DNA from: an uncultured Erythrobacteraceae bacterium
GTDB lineage: Bacteria; Pseudomonadota; Alphaproteobacteria; Sphingomonadales; Sphingomonadaceae
Direction of reading: 5' to 3'
Length of the DNA stretch: 64,000 nt
Assembly (NCBI GenBank): GCA_966251025.1
Contig: CBINJM010000004.1
Span: forward strand, 91,907 to 155,906
Shown here: one piece after another, positions 17,752-27,958 of the stretch
Layout of the letters: every line of letters starts with the position of its first letter
Position numbering within the stretch: position 1 is the first letter of the stretch
Program-made: the position numbers and the translations under genes
The notes under the pieces: model-generated
The model's database searches: none
Told to the model about the DNA's origin: nothing
Seen by the model: only the letters and a program-made list of their open reading frames with translations

Positions 17752-18771
17752 ATGCCAGACACCACCACGCCCGCCCGCGCCCTCACTCTCACCGTCAACG
17801 GAGAGACCCGTCGCTCCTCCGCCGCCACGATCGCCGATCTGGTCCGTGAATTGTCCTTCACGCCGGAGAAGGTCGCGGTTGAGCACAATGGCACGATCGC
17901 GCCCCGCTCCACTTTGGCGGAGACGCCGCTGGCTGATGGGGACGTGCTGGAGATCGTCCACTTCGTCGGTGGCGGCGATCATGCGGCCGCCCCCTTGGCA
18001 GACGACGATAGCTGGACGGTCGCCGGTCGCCGCTTCACCTCGCGCCTGATCGTCGGTACCGGCAAGTACAAGGATTTCGCGCAGAACGCCGCGGCTGTGG
18101 AGGCGAGCGGGGCGGAGATCGTCACCGTCGCGGTCCGCCGGGTCAACATCTCCGACCCCAAGGCGCCGATGCTGACCGACTATATCGACCCCGACAAGAT
18201 CACCTACCTGCCGAACACGGCCGGGTGCTTCACCGCGGATGAGGCGGTCCGCACGCTGCGGCTGGCGCGCGAGGCCGGTGGTTGGGAGCTGGTCAAGCTG
18301 GAGGTGCTGGGAGAGGCGCGCACTCTTTATCCAGATATGCGCGAGACCCTGCGCGCGACCGAGACTCTGGTGGCCGAAGGCTTCAAGCCGATGGTCTATT
18401 GCACCGACGATCCCATCGCGGCCCGCCAGCTGGAAGAGGCCGGAGCGGTAGCGATCATGCCGCTCGGCGCGCCGATCGGCTCCGGCCTCGGCATCCAGAA
18501 CAGGGTCACGATTCGCTTGATCGTGGAAGGCGCCAAGGTGCCGGTGCTGGTGGACGCAGGCGTCGGCACGGCCAGTGATGCGGCGGTGGCGATGGAGCTT
18601 GGCTGCGACGGCGTGTTGATGAACACCGCTATCGCAGAGGCGAAGGACCCTGTTCGTATGGCCCGGGCGATGAAGCTGGCGGTCGAAGCAGGACGCGACG
18701 CGTACCGCGCAGGGCGCATGGCCACGCGCCGTTATGCGGACCCGTCCAGCCCGCTTGCGGGGCTGATCTGA
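17752..18771 (+). CDS. thiG: ThiS-ThiG fusion (sulfur carrier domain + thiazole synthase)
   Basis: 339-aa ORF. Residues ~10-75 are ThiS-like and end ...[14 protein letters not shown]. The ORF continues in frame through a 15-aa linker into ThiG ([12 protein letters not shown]...KLEVLGE...[13 protein letters not shown]...). I checked the nucleotides at 17961-18010 and found no stop codon. Confidence 0.85.
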   Translation: MPDTTTPARALTLTVNGETRRSSAATIADLVRELSFTPEKVAVEHNGTIAPRSTLAETPLADGDVLEIVHFVGGGDHAAAPLADDDSWTVAGRRFTSRLIVGTGKYKDFAQNAAAVEASGAEIVTVAVRRVNISDPKAPMLTDYIDPDKITYLPNTAGCFTADEAVRTLRLAREAGGWELVKLEVLGEARTLYPDMRETLRATETLVAEGFKPMVYCTDDPIAARQLEEAGAVAIMPLGAPIGSGLGIQNRVTIRLIVEGAKVPVLVDAGVGTASDAAVAMELGCDGVLMNTAIAEAKDPVRMARAMKLAVEAGRDAYRAGRMATRRYADPSSPLAGLI

Positions 18772-18816
18772 ACCGTCACAACCCGCTTCCACGCTGCGCC
18801 AATAGGGAGTCTTTGC

Positions 18817-18845
18817 GGGGTTAACCTTTTCCCGCCGTTAACCCC
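18817..18845. repeat. inverted repeat GGGGTTAAC-N11-GTTAACCCC
   Basis: Perfect 9-bp arms at 18817-18825 and 18837-18845, 46 nt after the thiSG stop and 42 nt before the next ATG. Each arm contains the GTTAAC palindrome. Confidence 0.6.
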
Positions 18846-18886
18846 CCCTGTGCCAGTGGCACCCTCCTTGTTTATCGGAGAGTGGA

Positions 18887-19414
18887 ATGGCCGGGATCGG
18901 CACCGCATCACCGGCTGTTGCCGAACTGGCCGAATTCGCAGGCTTCTCGCGTGAAGAGCAGCTCTATATCGAGCGCTCCCTCGACTTGGCGCTCGGCGAG
19001 AGCAGCCTTCGTGAACTTGCGCGCGAAGGGGAACACCTCGCCGGCCTGCGTGAGCGGCGCTGCGCCTATCGTGAGCTCCGCGCTCTCCGGTTCGCCATGC
19101 CGCAGCCCGGCTGTCCTGCGGCCCTCGACGGGTTCATGGGAATGCTGCTGCGCTCTACGGCACAGGATCTTGCCCGCGGGAGCTTGGGCTGTTTCGGCGC
19201 CTATCGCTTCCTCTATGAGCGGCTGATGGGAGCGGCGGTGCGTCCCTGGCTGCCGGCCGCATTCTGTGGTGCCGCTGCCATGCCGCAAATCCCGCCGCAC
19301 CGGCGAAAGGCGCTGCTGGGCACGCTGACCGAAGCGGCAGCGACCGCCGGCGGGTGGTCAAATTTGGAGCCGAGCTTCTTCCCCCGCAGCCTGGAGAATG
19401 AAACTGCCGCCTGA
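18887..19414 (+). CDS. hypothetical protein
   Basis: 175-aa ORF with GGAGAG 5 nt upstream of the ATG and codon usage like its neighbours. I recognise no domain. Confidence 0.5.
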   Translation: MAGIGTASPAVAELAEFAGFSREEQLYIERSLDLALGESSLRELAREGEHLAGLRERRCAYRELRALRFAMPQPGCPAALDGFMGMLLRSTAQDLARGSLGCFGAYRFLYERLMGAAVRPWLPAAFCGAAAMPQIPPHRRKALLGTLTEAAATAGGWSNLEPSFFPRSLENETAA

Positions 19415-19420
19415 CCTAGA

Positions 19421-21223
19421 CTAGCGGGAGTACAACGCTTCCAGCCGCTCGCGGTAGCGGGCACGGATGGCGTGGCGGCGGTTCTTCAGGCTCGGCGTCA
19501 TCTCGCCGTTCTCGATGGTGAAAGGCTCGTCGGAGAAGGCGAAGCTGCGCACCTTCTCAATCACCGAAAGATCGGTGTTCACCCTTTCCACTGCTTGCCG
19601 GACGGCGGCGCGAAACTCCGGCAGCCTCGTTAGCGCGTCAAGGTCGGCCGCGTGCCCCTGCGCCTTCCCCCACTCCGTCGCCCATTCCGCATCGGGCACG
19701 ATCAGGGCGACGATGTGGGGCCGCTGCTCGCCGTGGATCATCGCCTGCGCGATCTCGGGCTGCATCGTCAGCATACCCTCCACCTTCTGCGGAGCGATGT
19801 TGTCGCCCTTGTCGTTGATGATCATGTCCTTCTTGCGGTCGGTGATGACGATCCGGCCGCCATCGTCGAAATAACCGACGTCGCCCGTGTGCAGCCAACC
19901 GTCTTGCAGTGCCTTGGCGGTCTCCTCCGGATTGTTCCAATAGCCCTTCATGACAAGCTCGCCGCGAACCAGCAGTTCGCCATCGGCCGCCACACGAACC
20001 TCGGTGCCCTTCAGCGGCACGCCCACTGTGTCGAGGCGGATGCCCGCGCTGGGATAGTTGCAGCTGATGACCGGCGCGGCCTCCGTCTGACCGTATCCCT
20101 GCAGCACGGGCAGGCCCAGCGCCTCGAAGAACCGGCCCACCGCCGGGTTGAGGGGCGCGCCGCCGGAAACGAGCGCCTTGATCCTCCCCCCGAAGCGCGC
20201 CCGGATCTTCGGCCGCAGCGTTCGCTCCAGCAGTCGGTCGAGCAGGAAATCGCCCGGCCGCCACCGCCCCTGGGCCCGCCGCTCCGCCAAGGCGGTCGCC
20301 TGGCCGAGCAGCCACCGCGCTAGCCCCCCCTGCTTTTCCACCTGCTTGATGATCCGCGCGCGGAGCACCTCGAACAGGCGCGGCACCACCACCATGATGG
20401 TCGGCTGCGCTTCTTCGATATTGCGGGCGAGCTTCTCCAGCCCTTCCGCATACCAGATTTCCGCGCCGATCCCGATCGGCAGCATCTGGCCGGCGGTGTG
20501 CTCCAGCGCGTGGCTCAGCGGCAGGAAGGAGAGGAAGCGATCAGGCCCCCAGCCGTAATCGCCGGTCAGCGCGGTGGCCGCACTCTCCGCATTGGCCAGG
20601 ATTGCCCCGTGATGCTGCATCACGCCCTTGGGTGCGCCTCCGGTGCCGCTGGTGTAGATGATGCAGGCGAGATCATCGCGGCTGCTCCCCACGAGCCGCT
20701 GGTCCACAGCCCTGCGCGCCACCGCCGCGTCCCCCTGCAGCAGATCGTCCCAGCGATGGAAGGTGGCGGGCAGATCGGCGGGCGGATCGAAGGGTTCGAT
20801 CGCGATCAGGTGCTCCACCGTGCCGGTACGGTGGATCGCCTCTATCAGCGGCTTTGCCAGCCGGGCGTTCGATACGATCACCGCGCGTGCGCCGCTATCG
20901 CTCAGCACATGAGCGTGATCGCGCACCGTGTTGGTGGTGTAGGCGGGGGTGGTGATGCACCGGGCCGCCATGATCGCAAGGTCGGCAATGCACCAGGCGG
21001 GACGGTTCTCGGAGACGATGACCACCCGGTCGCCATCAACGAGGCCGAATGCGCGCAATTGCTCGGCCAGCAGGCATACTTTGTCGGCGACTTCGCGCCA
21101 GCTCTGCGACTGCCACGCCCCGTCCCGGCTGACCGACAGGAAAGGCGCATCGGAAAACTCATCCGCCCGATCGAGGAACAGGCACACGAGGTTCGTCGCG
21201 GCCGCAAAATCGCCGAGCTGCAC
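19421..21223 (-). CDS. long-chain fatty acid-CoA ligase (AMP-dependent synthetase)
   Basis: 600-aa ORF with the AMP-binding motif IIYTSGTGGAPKGVM, plus GYGQTE and ...TGDVGYFDDGGRIVITDRKKD... Confidence 0.85.
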   Translation of the reverse strand: MQLGDFAAATNLVCLFLDRADEFSDAPFLSVSRDGAWQSQSWREVADKVCLLAEQLRAFGLVDGDRVVIVSENRPAWCIADLAIMAARCITTPAYTTNTVRDHAHVLSDSGARAVIVSNARLAKPLIEAIHRTGTVEHLIAIEPFDPPADLPATFHRWDDLLQGDAAVARRAVDQRLVGSSRDDLACIIYTSGTGGAPKGVMQHHGAILANAESAATALTGDYGWGPDRFLSFLPLSHALEHTAGQMLPIGIGAEIWYAEGLEKLARNIEEAQPTIMVVVPRLFEVLRARIIKQVEKQGGLARWLLGQATALAERRAQGRWRPGDFLLDRLLERTLRPKIRARFGGRIKALVSGGAPLNPAVGRFFEALGLPVLQGYGQTEAAPVISCNYPSAGIRLDTVGVPLKGTEVRVAADGELLVRGELVMKGYWNNPEETAKALQDGWLHTGDVGYFDDGGRIVITDRKKDMIINDKGDNIAPQKVEGMLTMQPEIAQAMIHGEQRPHIVALIVPDAEWATEWGKAQGHAADLDALTRLPEFRAAVRQAVERVNTDLSVIEKVRSFAFSDEPFTIENGEMTPSLKNRRHAIRARYRERLEALYSR

Positions 21224-21330
21224 CTGTCTCGCCCCTCCCTCTCGCGCGCGGCGATGCTGCCGCCTTTCGCCTTGGACTAGGCGACCGGCCGGGGCGCGGC
21301 AAGTTGGCTGTCAGGCGAGGGCGGTGTGCC

Positions 21331-23040
21331 TCACTCCGAAACAGCGGCCCCTTCGCTGCGCGGGTCGGCGCCGCCCACCCATCCGCCGTCCGTCAGCACA
21401 GCGGCATTGGCCTTGAAGCCGGGGGCGCGGGGGGCGACCTGATGGCCGAGCGCCTGAAGCTGCGGCGTCAGCGCCTCAAGTGGGGTGCCCTGCTCCACGA
21501 AGACGATGTCCTCGGGCGAGTAAAGCACAGGTAGCGCCAGCGCTTCCTCCACGGAGAGGCCGAAATCGATCACTCCGATCAATGCGCGAGCGACCTGTAC
21601 CGGGATGGTGGAGCCGCCGGCTGCCCCTACCGCCATCATCAGCCGTCCGTCGGGGCCATAAACCACGGTGGGTGCCATGGAGCTGCGGGGGCGTTTGTTG
21701 CCCTCTACGCGGTTGGCCACTGGGCGCCCGTCCACCTCGGGCACGAAGCTGAAGTCGGTCAGCTCGTTGTTGAGATAGAAGCCGCCGACGACGATGCCGG
21801 AGCCAAAGCCACTCTCGATGGTGGAGGTGTAGCTGACGACATTGCCTTGCCGATCCACCGCAACGAAGTGCGAGGTGCCGTTTTCTTCCGGCTCATGTCC
21901 ATCGGCGAAGTCGGGTGCGCCTGCGACCTTGCCCGCCTCCACATCCGCCATCGTGCTGGTGGGCGAGATCAGCGCGCCCCGGCTGGCAAGATAGGTCGGG
22001 TCGATCAACCCCCCGACGGGAACCGGCACGAAATCCGGGTCGCCTAGGTAGAGCTCGCGGTCAGCATAAGCGAGCCGCTGCGATTCCGCGAACAGATGCC
22101 AGAAGGTCGGCGAACTTGGCCCAAGCGCGCCGAGGTCCACGCCTTCGAGTTGCTTGAGCATCGCATATACCGTCGTCGCGCCGGAGGACGGCGGAGCCAT
22201 CCCGCAAATGCGGTAGGCACGGTAAAGCCCGCAGACCGGCTCTCGCTCCTTTGCCTCGTAAGCTGCCACGTCTGCCGCCGTCATCCCGCCCGGCCGTGGC
22301 GTCTCCTCGGCAACCTCCTTCGCGAGCGCAGTCGCAAGGGAGCCGGTGTAGAACGCCTCCGGCCCTTCGCGCGCGATCCGCTCAAGCGTCTGCGCGAGTT
22401 CCTCGTTGCGAACCCGGGCACCCGCTGGCAGCGGCTCTCCATTGCCGTCGTAGAACAGCGCCAGCCCGTCTTCGTCATGCGCCGCGCTATGGCGGCTGAC
22501 AGTGATCGCGCGGACGAAGCGGGGCGTCAGCTCCCAGCCTTCCCGCGCGAGCGCGATGGCTGGGGCGAAAAGGTCTGCCCACGGGAGCTTTCCGTGCCGC
22601 TCATGCGCCTCCGCGGCCAGAGCGATATTGCCGGGCACACCGACGCTGAGCCCGGTATTCACCACTTCGCGGAAGCCGAGCGGCTTCCCGTCCGAGCCGA
22701 GCAGCCAGTTCGGGTCAGCCCCGGAGGGCGCCTTTTCGCGCCCGTCGATCGTGTCCACCTCGCCTGCCGGGGTTGCGCGAACATAGAAGCCGCCGCCTCC
22801 GATGCCCGAGCTCTGCGGCTCCACGACGGTGAGCGCCAGCATCGTCGCGATGGCCGCATCGGTGGCGCTGCCGCCCTTGCGCAAGATCGCCGCGCCCGCC
22901 TCTGCCGCACGCGGATCGGCCGCGCTGACCACCCCGGCGGAATGGAGGGCGGCCTGTGGAGCGGCGGCCTGGGGGAGGGGGGCGGTGGCGCAGGCGCCGA
23001 GCAGGAGCGCGGCGAGCGGAGCAATGATGCGTTGCAACAT
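21331..23040 (-). CDS. ggt: gamma-glutamyltransferase
   Basis: The lipoprotein-like start MLQRIIAPLAALLLGAC has an ATG verified at 23040. GGT motifs are present, including the autoprocessing site ...ENGTSHFVAVD... and ...MMAVGAAGGSTIP... Confidence 0.9.
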   Translation of the reverse strand: MLQRIIAPLAALLLGACATAPLPQAAAPQAALHSAGVVSAADPRAAEAGAAILRKGGSATDAAIATMLALTVVEPQSSGIGGGGFYVRATPAGEVDTIDGREKAPSGADPNWLLGSDGKPLGFREVVNTGLSVGVPGNIALAAEAHERHGKLPWADLFAPAIALAREGWELTPRFVRAITVSRHSAAHDEDGLALFYDGNGEPLPAGARVRNEELAQTLERIAREGPEAFYTGSLATALAKEVAEETPRPGGMTAADVAAYEAKEREPVCGLYRAYRICGMAPPSSGATTVYAMLKQLEGVDLGALGPSSPTFWHLFAESQRLAYADRELYLGDPDFVPVPVGGLIDPTYLASRGALISPTSTMADVEAGKVAGAPDFADGHEPEENGTSHFVAVDRQGNVVSYTSTIESGFGSGIVVGGFYLNNELTDFSFVPEVDGRPVANRVEGNKRPRSSMAPTVVYGPDGRLMMAVGAAGGSTIPVQVARALIGVIDFGLSVEEALALPVLYSPEDIVFVEQGTPLEALTPQLQALGHQVAPRAPGFKANAAVLTDGGWVGGADPRSEGAAVSE

Positions 23041-23050
23041 GAAACGCGTG

Positions 23051-24100
23051 CTATTCGGTTCCGACCGCCTCGGCAATGGTTGCGAAGCCGTCCTGCCTCA
23101 TCAGCTTCTCCAGCCCGCCCAGGATGTCGCGCGCAATTCCCGGCCCCCGATAGATCATCGCGCTGTAGAGCTGCACCAGGCTCGCTCCCGCGCGAATCCG
23201 TTCCCACGCATCCTCTGCCGTCGCGATTCCGCCGACGCCGACCAGCGGCAACCCGCCGCCTGTCGCGCGGCGGAATGCGCGCAGCGTCTCCAGCGCGAGA
23301 GGCTTCAGGGGTGCGCCGGAGAGCCCGCCCGATTCGCCCGCATGGCGGGAGGCGAGACGGGGGCGGCTAACTGTCGTGTTCGACACGATCAGCGCTCCCA
23401 ATTTCCGGTCCATCGCGATGCGCGCGATATCCTCGATGTCCGCCGGCTGCAGGTCCGGTGCGACCTTGAGGAAGACGGGGGGCAAGCGCCCGCCATTCCC
23501 CGCAGCCGCCGTTCCGCGAGCTTCCAGAACCGCGTCCAGCAGGGCTGCCAGCGCGCTGGCATCCTGCAGCGCCCGAAGGCCTGGCGTGTTGGGGCTGGAC
23601 ACGTTCACGGCGAGATAGGACGCGTAAGGCGCCATCACCCGCGCCATGCACATGTAATCGGCGATCCAGTCCGGGGCGTCCTTGTTGGCGCCGATATTGA
23701 TGCCGACGACCCCTTCGCGCCCGTGCCGTGCCGCCAGCCGGGCCGCCGCCGCAGCAGCACCGCTATTGTTGAAGCCCATCCGATTGATCACGGCCTCGTC
23801 CTCGCGCAGCCGGAACAGGCGCGGGCGCGGATTGCCCTGCTGTGGCCGGGGCGTAATCGAGCCGACCTCCGCGAAGCCGAAGCCCAGCCCCAGCAGCGCG
23901 TCGGGCACCTCCGCGTCCTTGTCGAACCCGGCCGCCATTCCGAGCGGATTGGGAAAGGTGATGCCGGCGATCTGGGTCGAGAGCGGCCCCGCGCGAGGGG
24001 CCGAACGTCTCGGCATCTGAGCCAGCCCGGCAATGGCCAGACGGTGAGCACGCTCCGGCTCAAGCGCGAACAAAGCGGGGCGAAGCAGACGGTATGACAT
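23051..24100 (-). CDS. pyrD: dihydroorotate dehydrogenase (quinone), class 2
   Basis: 349-aa ORF (MSYRLLRPALFALEPERAH...GFNNSGA...NVSSPNTPGLR...GLSGAPLKP...VGVGGI...). Confidence 0.9.
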   Translation of the reverse strand: MSYRLLRPALFALEPERAHRLAIAGLAQMPRRSAPRAGPLSTQIAGITFPNPLGMAAGFDKDAEVPDALLGLGFGFAEVGSITPRPQQGNPRPRLFRLREDEAVINRMGFNNSGAAAAAARLAARHGREGVVGINIGANKDAPDWIADYMCMARVMAPYASYLAVNVSSPNTPGLRALQDASALAALLDAVLEARGTAAAGNGGRLPPVFLKVAPDLQPADIEDIARIAMDRKLGALIVSNTTVSRPRLASRHAGESGGLSGAPLKPLALETLRAFRRATGGGLPLVGVGGIATAEDAWERIRAGASLVQLYSAMIYRGPGIARDILGGLEKLMRQDGFATIAEAVGTE

Positions 24101-24343
24101 GGGCGCGAGCGCCTATGGCAGCGGCGCGGCGCTCTGTCGACGCACATGCGCGGGGAACACCCGGCGGGCTTAGGGATTGAGGATTTCAAACCTTCGTCCA
24201 CCCTCGCGACATGATCGGTTCGGAATCCTTCTCTTCCCGCCATTCTGTCGCATTTTTACAAGTATGGTTGGATCGAATCGGCTAGGTGAATGATGCGACC
24301 CGAAGGGCTCGAAGCAGCGATGCGACGAGTTCTCGACTTGAAA

Positions 24344-24377
24344 GGGCGGTCCCATCCGTGGGGCCGCCCCTTTTTTT
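24344..24377 (+). terminator. orphan rho-independent terminator (possible 3' end of an sRNA)
   Basis: GGGCGGTCCCA-tccg-TGGGGCCGCCC forms about 11 bp including one G.U pair. It is followed by TTTTTTT (24371-24377). No credible ORF ends upstream on this strand. Confidence 0.6.
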
Positions 24378-24516
24378 CGTCAGAATTGCCGCGCGCTCCA
24401 CGGCATGCTCGGCTGCAAACGACTCGCAGCAGTTGGATTGGTGTTGAAAGCGCCGTGGCTGGCCACTAGCTGCAAATCAGACCGAACTGCTCCAGTTTAA
24501 ATCCAAAGGGTCCAGC

Positions 24517-24929
24517 GTGCGCCTGTCCAATCTGGCCGACTATGCCGTCGTGACGATGACCGCGGCTGCGCGGCATCCCGACTCTGCGCGCTTCAGCGCC
24601 GGTCAGCTCGCGGCGGACACCGGCCTGCCGCTGCCCACGGTGCAGAAGCTCGCCGGCAAGCTCGTGACTGCGGGCCTGCTGCGCTCCGTGCGCGGCGCGC
24701 GAGGTGGGCTGCAACTTGCCCGGCCGGCCGGTTCGATCACGCTCGCGGAGATCGTGGAGGCGGTCGAAGGGCCGATTGCGCTGACGTCGTGCGTCGATAA
24801 GGGGCGGCACGATTGCGCGCTGGAAGGCAGCTGTGCGGTGCGACCGCACTGGGGCGTGGTGAATGATGCGCTGCGCGGCGCGCTGGCCGAAGTGCCGCTG
24901 ACGCGCCTGGCGCAGATCGAGGTGACGGC

Positions 24930-24933
<4 letters not shown>
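24517..24933 (+). CDS. Rrf2-family transcriptional regulator (SUF operon regulator, IscR/SufR-like)
   Basis: 138-aa ORF ([14 protein letters not shown]...) with a winged helix and a C-terminal Cys cluster ([19 protein letters not shown]). It has a GTG start and a 4-nt overlap with sufB. Confidence 0.85.
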
Positions 24934-26434
<1,501 letters not shown>

Positions 26435-26438
<4 letters not shown>

Positions 26439-26704
26439 GCTCCTTCCTCGCCTTCACCCTTTCAGCCACCTTGTTCGGCTTTGGTGCGGCAGCAGTGATA
26501 CTTGGCGCAGCGTTGATCGTTCAGCGCAAAGTCCGCGTGCGGCAAAACAGGCTCTTCTGGTTTCTTAGCGGCGAAATCGACCGGCGCGACGATCCAGTGA
26601 GCTACTGGTTCTGTGCTGGACCGATAGTCGTCTGCATCGCCTTTGTTCCGACAGTCTTGCTCTTGCAGCTAGCGCAGCGGCTCTACGAAAATCTGATCCA
26701 ATGA
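26435..26704 (+). CDS. hypothetical small membrane protein inserted in the suf operon
   Basis: 89-aa reading frame ([29 protein letters not shown]...[22 protein letters not shown]...) with two hydrophobic helices. Its GTG forms a GTGA overlap with the sufB stop, and its stop forms an ATGA overlap with the next ORF. The segment is visibly less GC-rich than its flanks. Confidence 0.4.
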
Positions 26705-27228
26705 CCGACCGCAAAACCCTCCACCTCCGCTCCCCCTCCGAGCAGCCCACCGCGCCCGCCATCAAGAAACGCGGCCGCGGCTGGGAGATCTCGGAGAAGC
26801 GCCTCGACGCGCTGCACGAGCGCGCGCGCGAGCTGCGCCGGCATCCGACCGAGGCGCACACAGCGCTGGCGGAGCGCTTCGCCAAGGCCGATCTCGGCCG
26901 CTACAAGTTCACCCGGCACGCGGTGGTCGGCTCCGCGATCGTGGATTTCAACTGCCACATCCTCGGCATGGCGATCGACATCGACGAGGAAGGCGAGGAT
27001 GAAACCCTCGCCCGCCGCCGGGACAAGAGCCTTGAGGCCGTCGGCATCCGCGTGATGCGGATCAAGGCGGCCGACATTCTCGAGAACATCGACGATGTGC
27101 TCGCCCGCATCACCGCCGGCATGCGCCTGCGCATCGCCGACAGGAAGCAGGCCGCCCGCGCTCACCGCGAGGCGAACCCCAACCAACACTACTCACGCCC
27201 CAAGAGACCCACCAATGCTCGTAATTGA
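26701..27228 (+). CDS. DUF559 (Vsr-like endonuclease fold) domain protein
   Basis: 175-aa ORF. ...ARELRRHPTEAHTALAERF...YKFTRHAVVGSAIVDFNCHILGMAIDIDEEGED...RRRDKSLEAVGIRVMRIKAADI... matches the DUF559 pattern (R-LRR-PT-AE...FRRQ..IG.YIVDF.C....L.IE.DG...D..RD..L...G..VLR). Several usually conserved positions are substituted. Confidence 0.7.
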   Translation: MTDRKTLHLRSPSEQPTAPAIKKRGRGWEISEKRLDALHERARELRRHPTEAHTALAERFAKADLGRYKFTRHAVVGSAIVDFNCHILGMAIDIDEEGEDETLARRRDKSLEAVGIRVMRIKAADILENIDDVLARITAGMRLRIADRKQAARAHREANPNQHYSRPKRPTNARN

Positions 27229-27958
27229 GAACCTTCACGCCACGGTCGCCGACAAGCCGATCCTCAACGGCCTCTCGCTGGAGGTGAATGCCGGCGAGAT
27301 CCACGCGATCATGGGCCCCAACGGCGCAGGCAAGTCCACGCTCGCCTACGTCCTCGGCGGCCGCCCCGGTTACGAGGTGACCGGTGGCAGCGTCACCTTC
27401 AATGGTCAGGACCTCCTCGCACTCGATCCGCACGAACGCGCCGCCGCCGGCCTGTTCCTCGGCTTCCAGTATCCGGTCGAGATCCCCGGTGTCTCCAACG
27501 TCCAGTTCCTGCGCGAGGCTCTCAACGCCCAGCGCAAGGCGCGCGGCGAAGAGCCGCTCTCCGGCGGCGAGTTCCTTAAGCTCGCCCGCGAGAAGGCTGG
27601 GCTGCTGAAGCTCGACATGGAGATGCTGAAGCGCAACGTGAATGTCGGCTTCTCCGGCGGCGAGAAGAAGCGCGCCGAGATGGTCCAGATGGGCATCCTC
27701 GACCCCGCCTTCGCCGTGCTGGACGAGACCGATAGCGGCCTCGACATCGACGCGTTGCGCATCGTGGGCGAGGGCATCAACGCGATCATGCGCAGGCCGG
27801 ACAAGGCCGTGCTCCTCATCACCCATTACCAGCGCCTGCTCGACTACGTGCAGCCGGACGTGGTGCATGTGCTGGCGAAGGGCCGCATCGTCACCAGCGG
27901 CGGCCCCGATCTCGCGCTGAAGCTGGAGCGCGAAGGCTACGAGGCGGTGGCGGCGTGA
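27215..27958 (+). CDS. sufC: Fe-S cluster assembly ATPase SufC
   Basis: MLVIENLHATVADKPILNGLSLEVNAGEIHAIMGPNGAGKSTL... carries Walker A. The ABC signature FSGGEKKR and Walker B AVLDETDSGLD are also present. An ATG was verified at 27215. Confidence 0.95.
   Translation: MLVIENLHATVADKPILNGLSLEVNAGEIHAIMGPNGAGKSTLAYVLGGRPGYEVTGGSVTFNGQDLLALDPHERAAAGLFLGFQYPVEIPGVSNVQFLREALNAQRKARGEEPLSGGEFLKLAREKAGLLKLDMEMLKRNVNVGFSGGEKKRAEMVQMGILDPAFAVLDETDSGLDIDALRIVGEGINAIMRRPDKAVLLITHYQRLLDYVQPDVVHVLAKGRIVTSGGPDLALKLEREGYEAVAA

Noticed and set aside
18857-18871. Sigma-54-like element TGGCAC-N5-TTGT upstream of the orphan gene at 18887
   Set aside because: The -12 element is TTGT rather than TTGC. The predicted TSS would fall on or after the SD, only about 5 nt from the ATG. 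No enhancer-binding protein gene or rpoN is visible in the window.
22096-24097. Two >420-aa plus-strand ORFs (22096-23370 and 22802-24097) opposite ggt and pyrD
   Set aside because: These are antisense shadow ORFs of two well-supported genes.
24264-24285. tRNA T-arm-like string GGTTGGATCGAATCGG
   Set aside because: There is no acceptor stem, D-arm or anticodon arm around it. It does not match the GGTTCGAATCC core.
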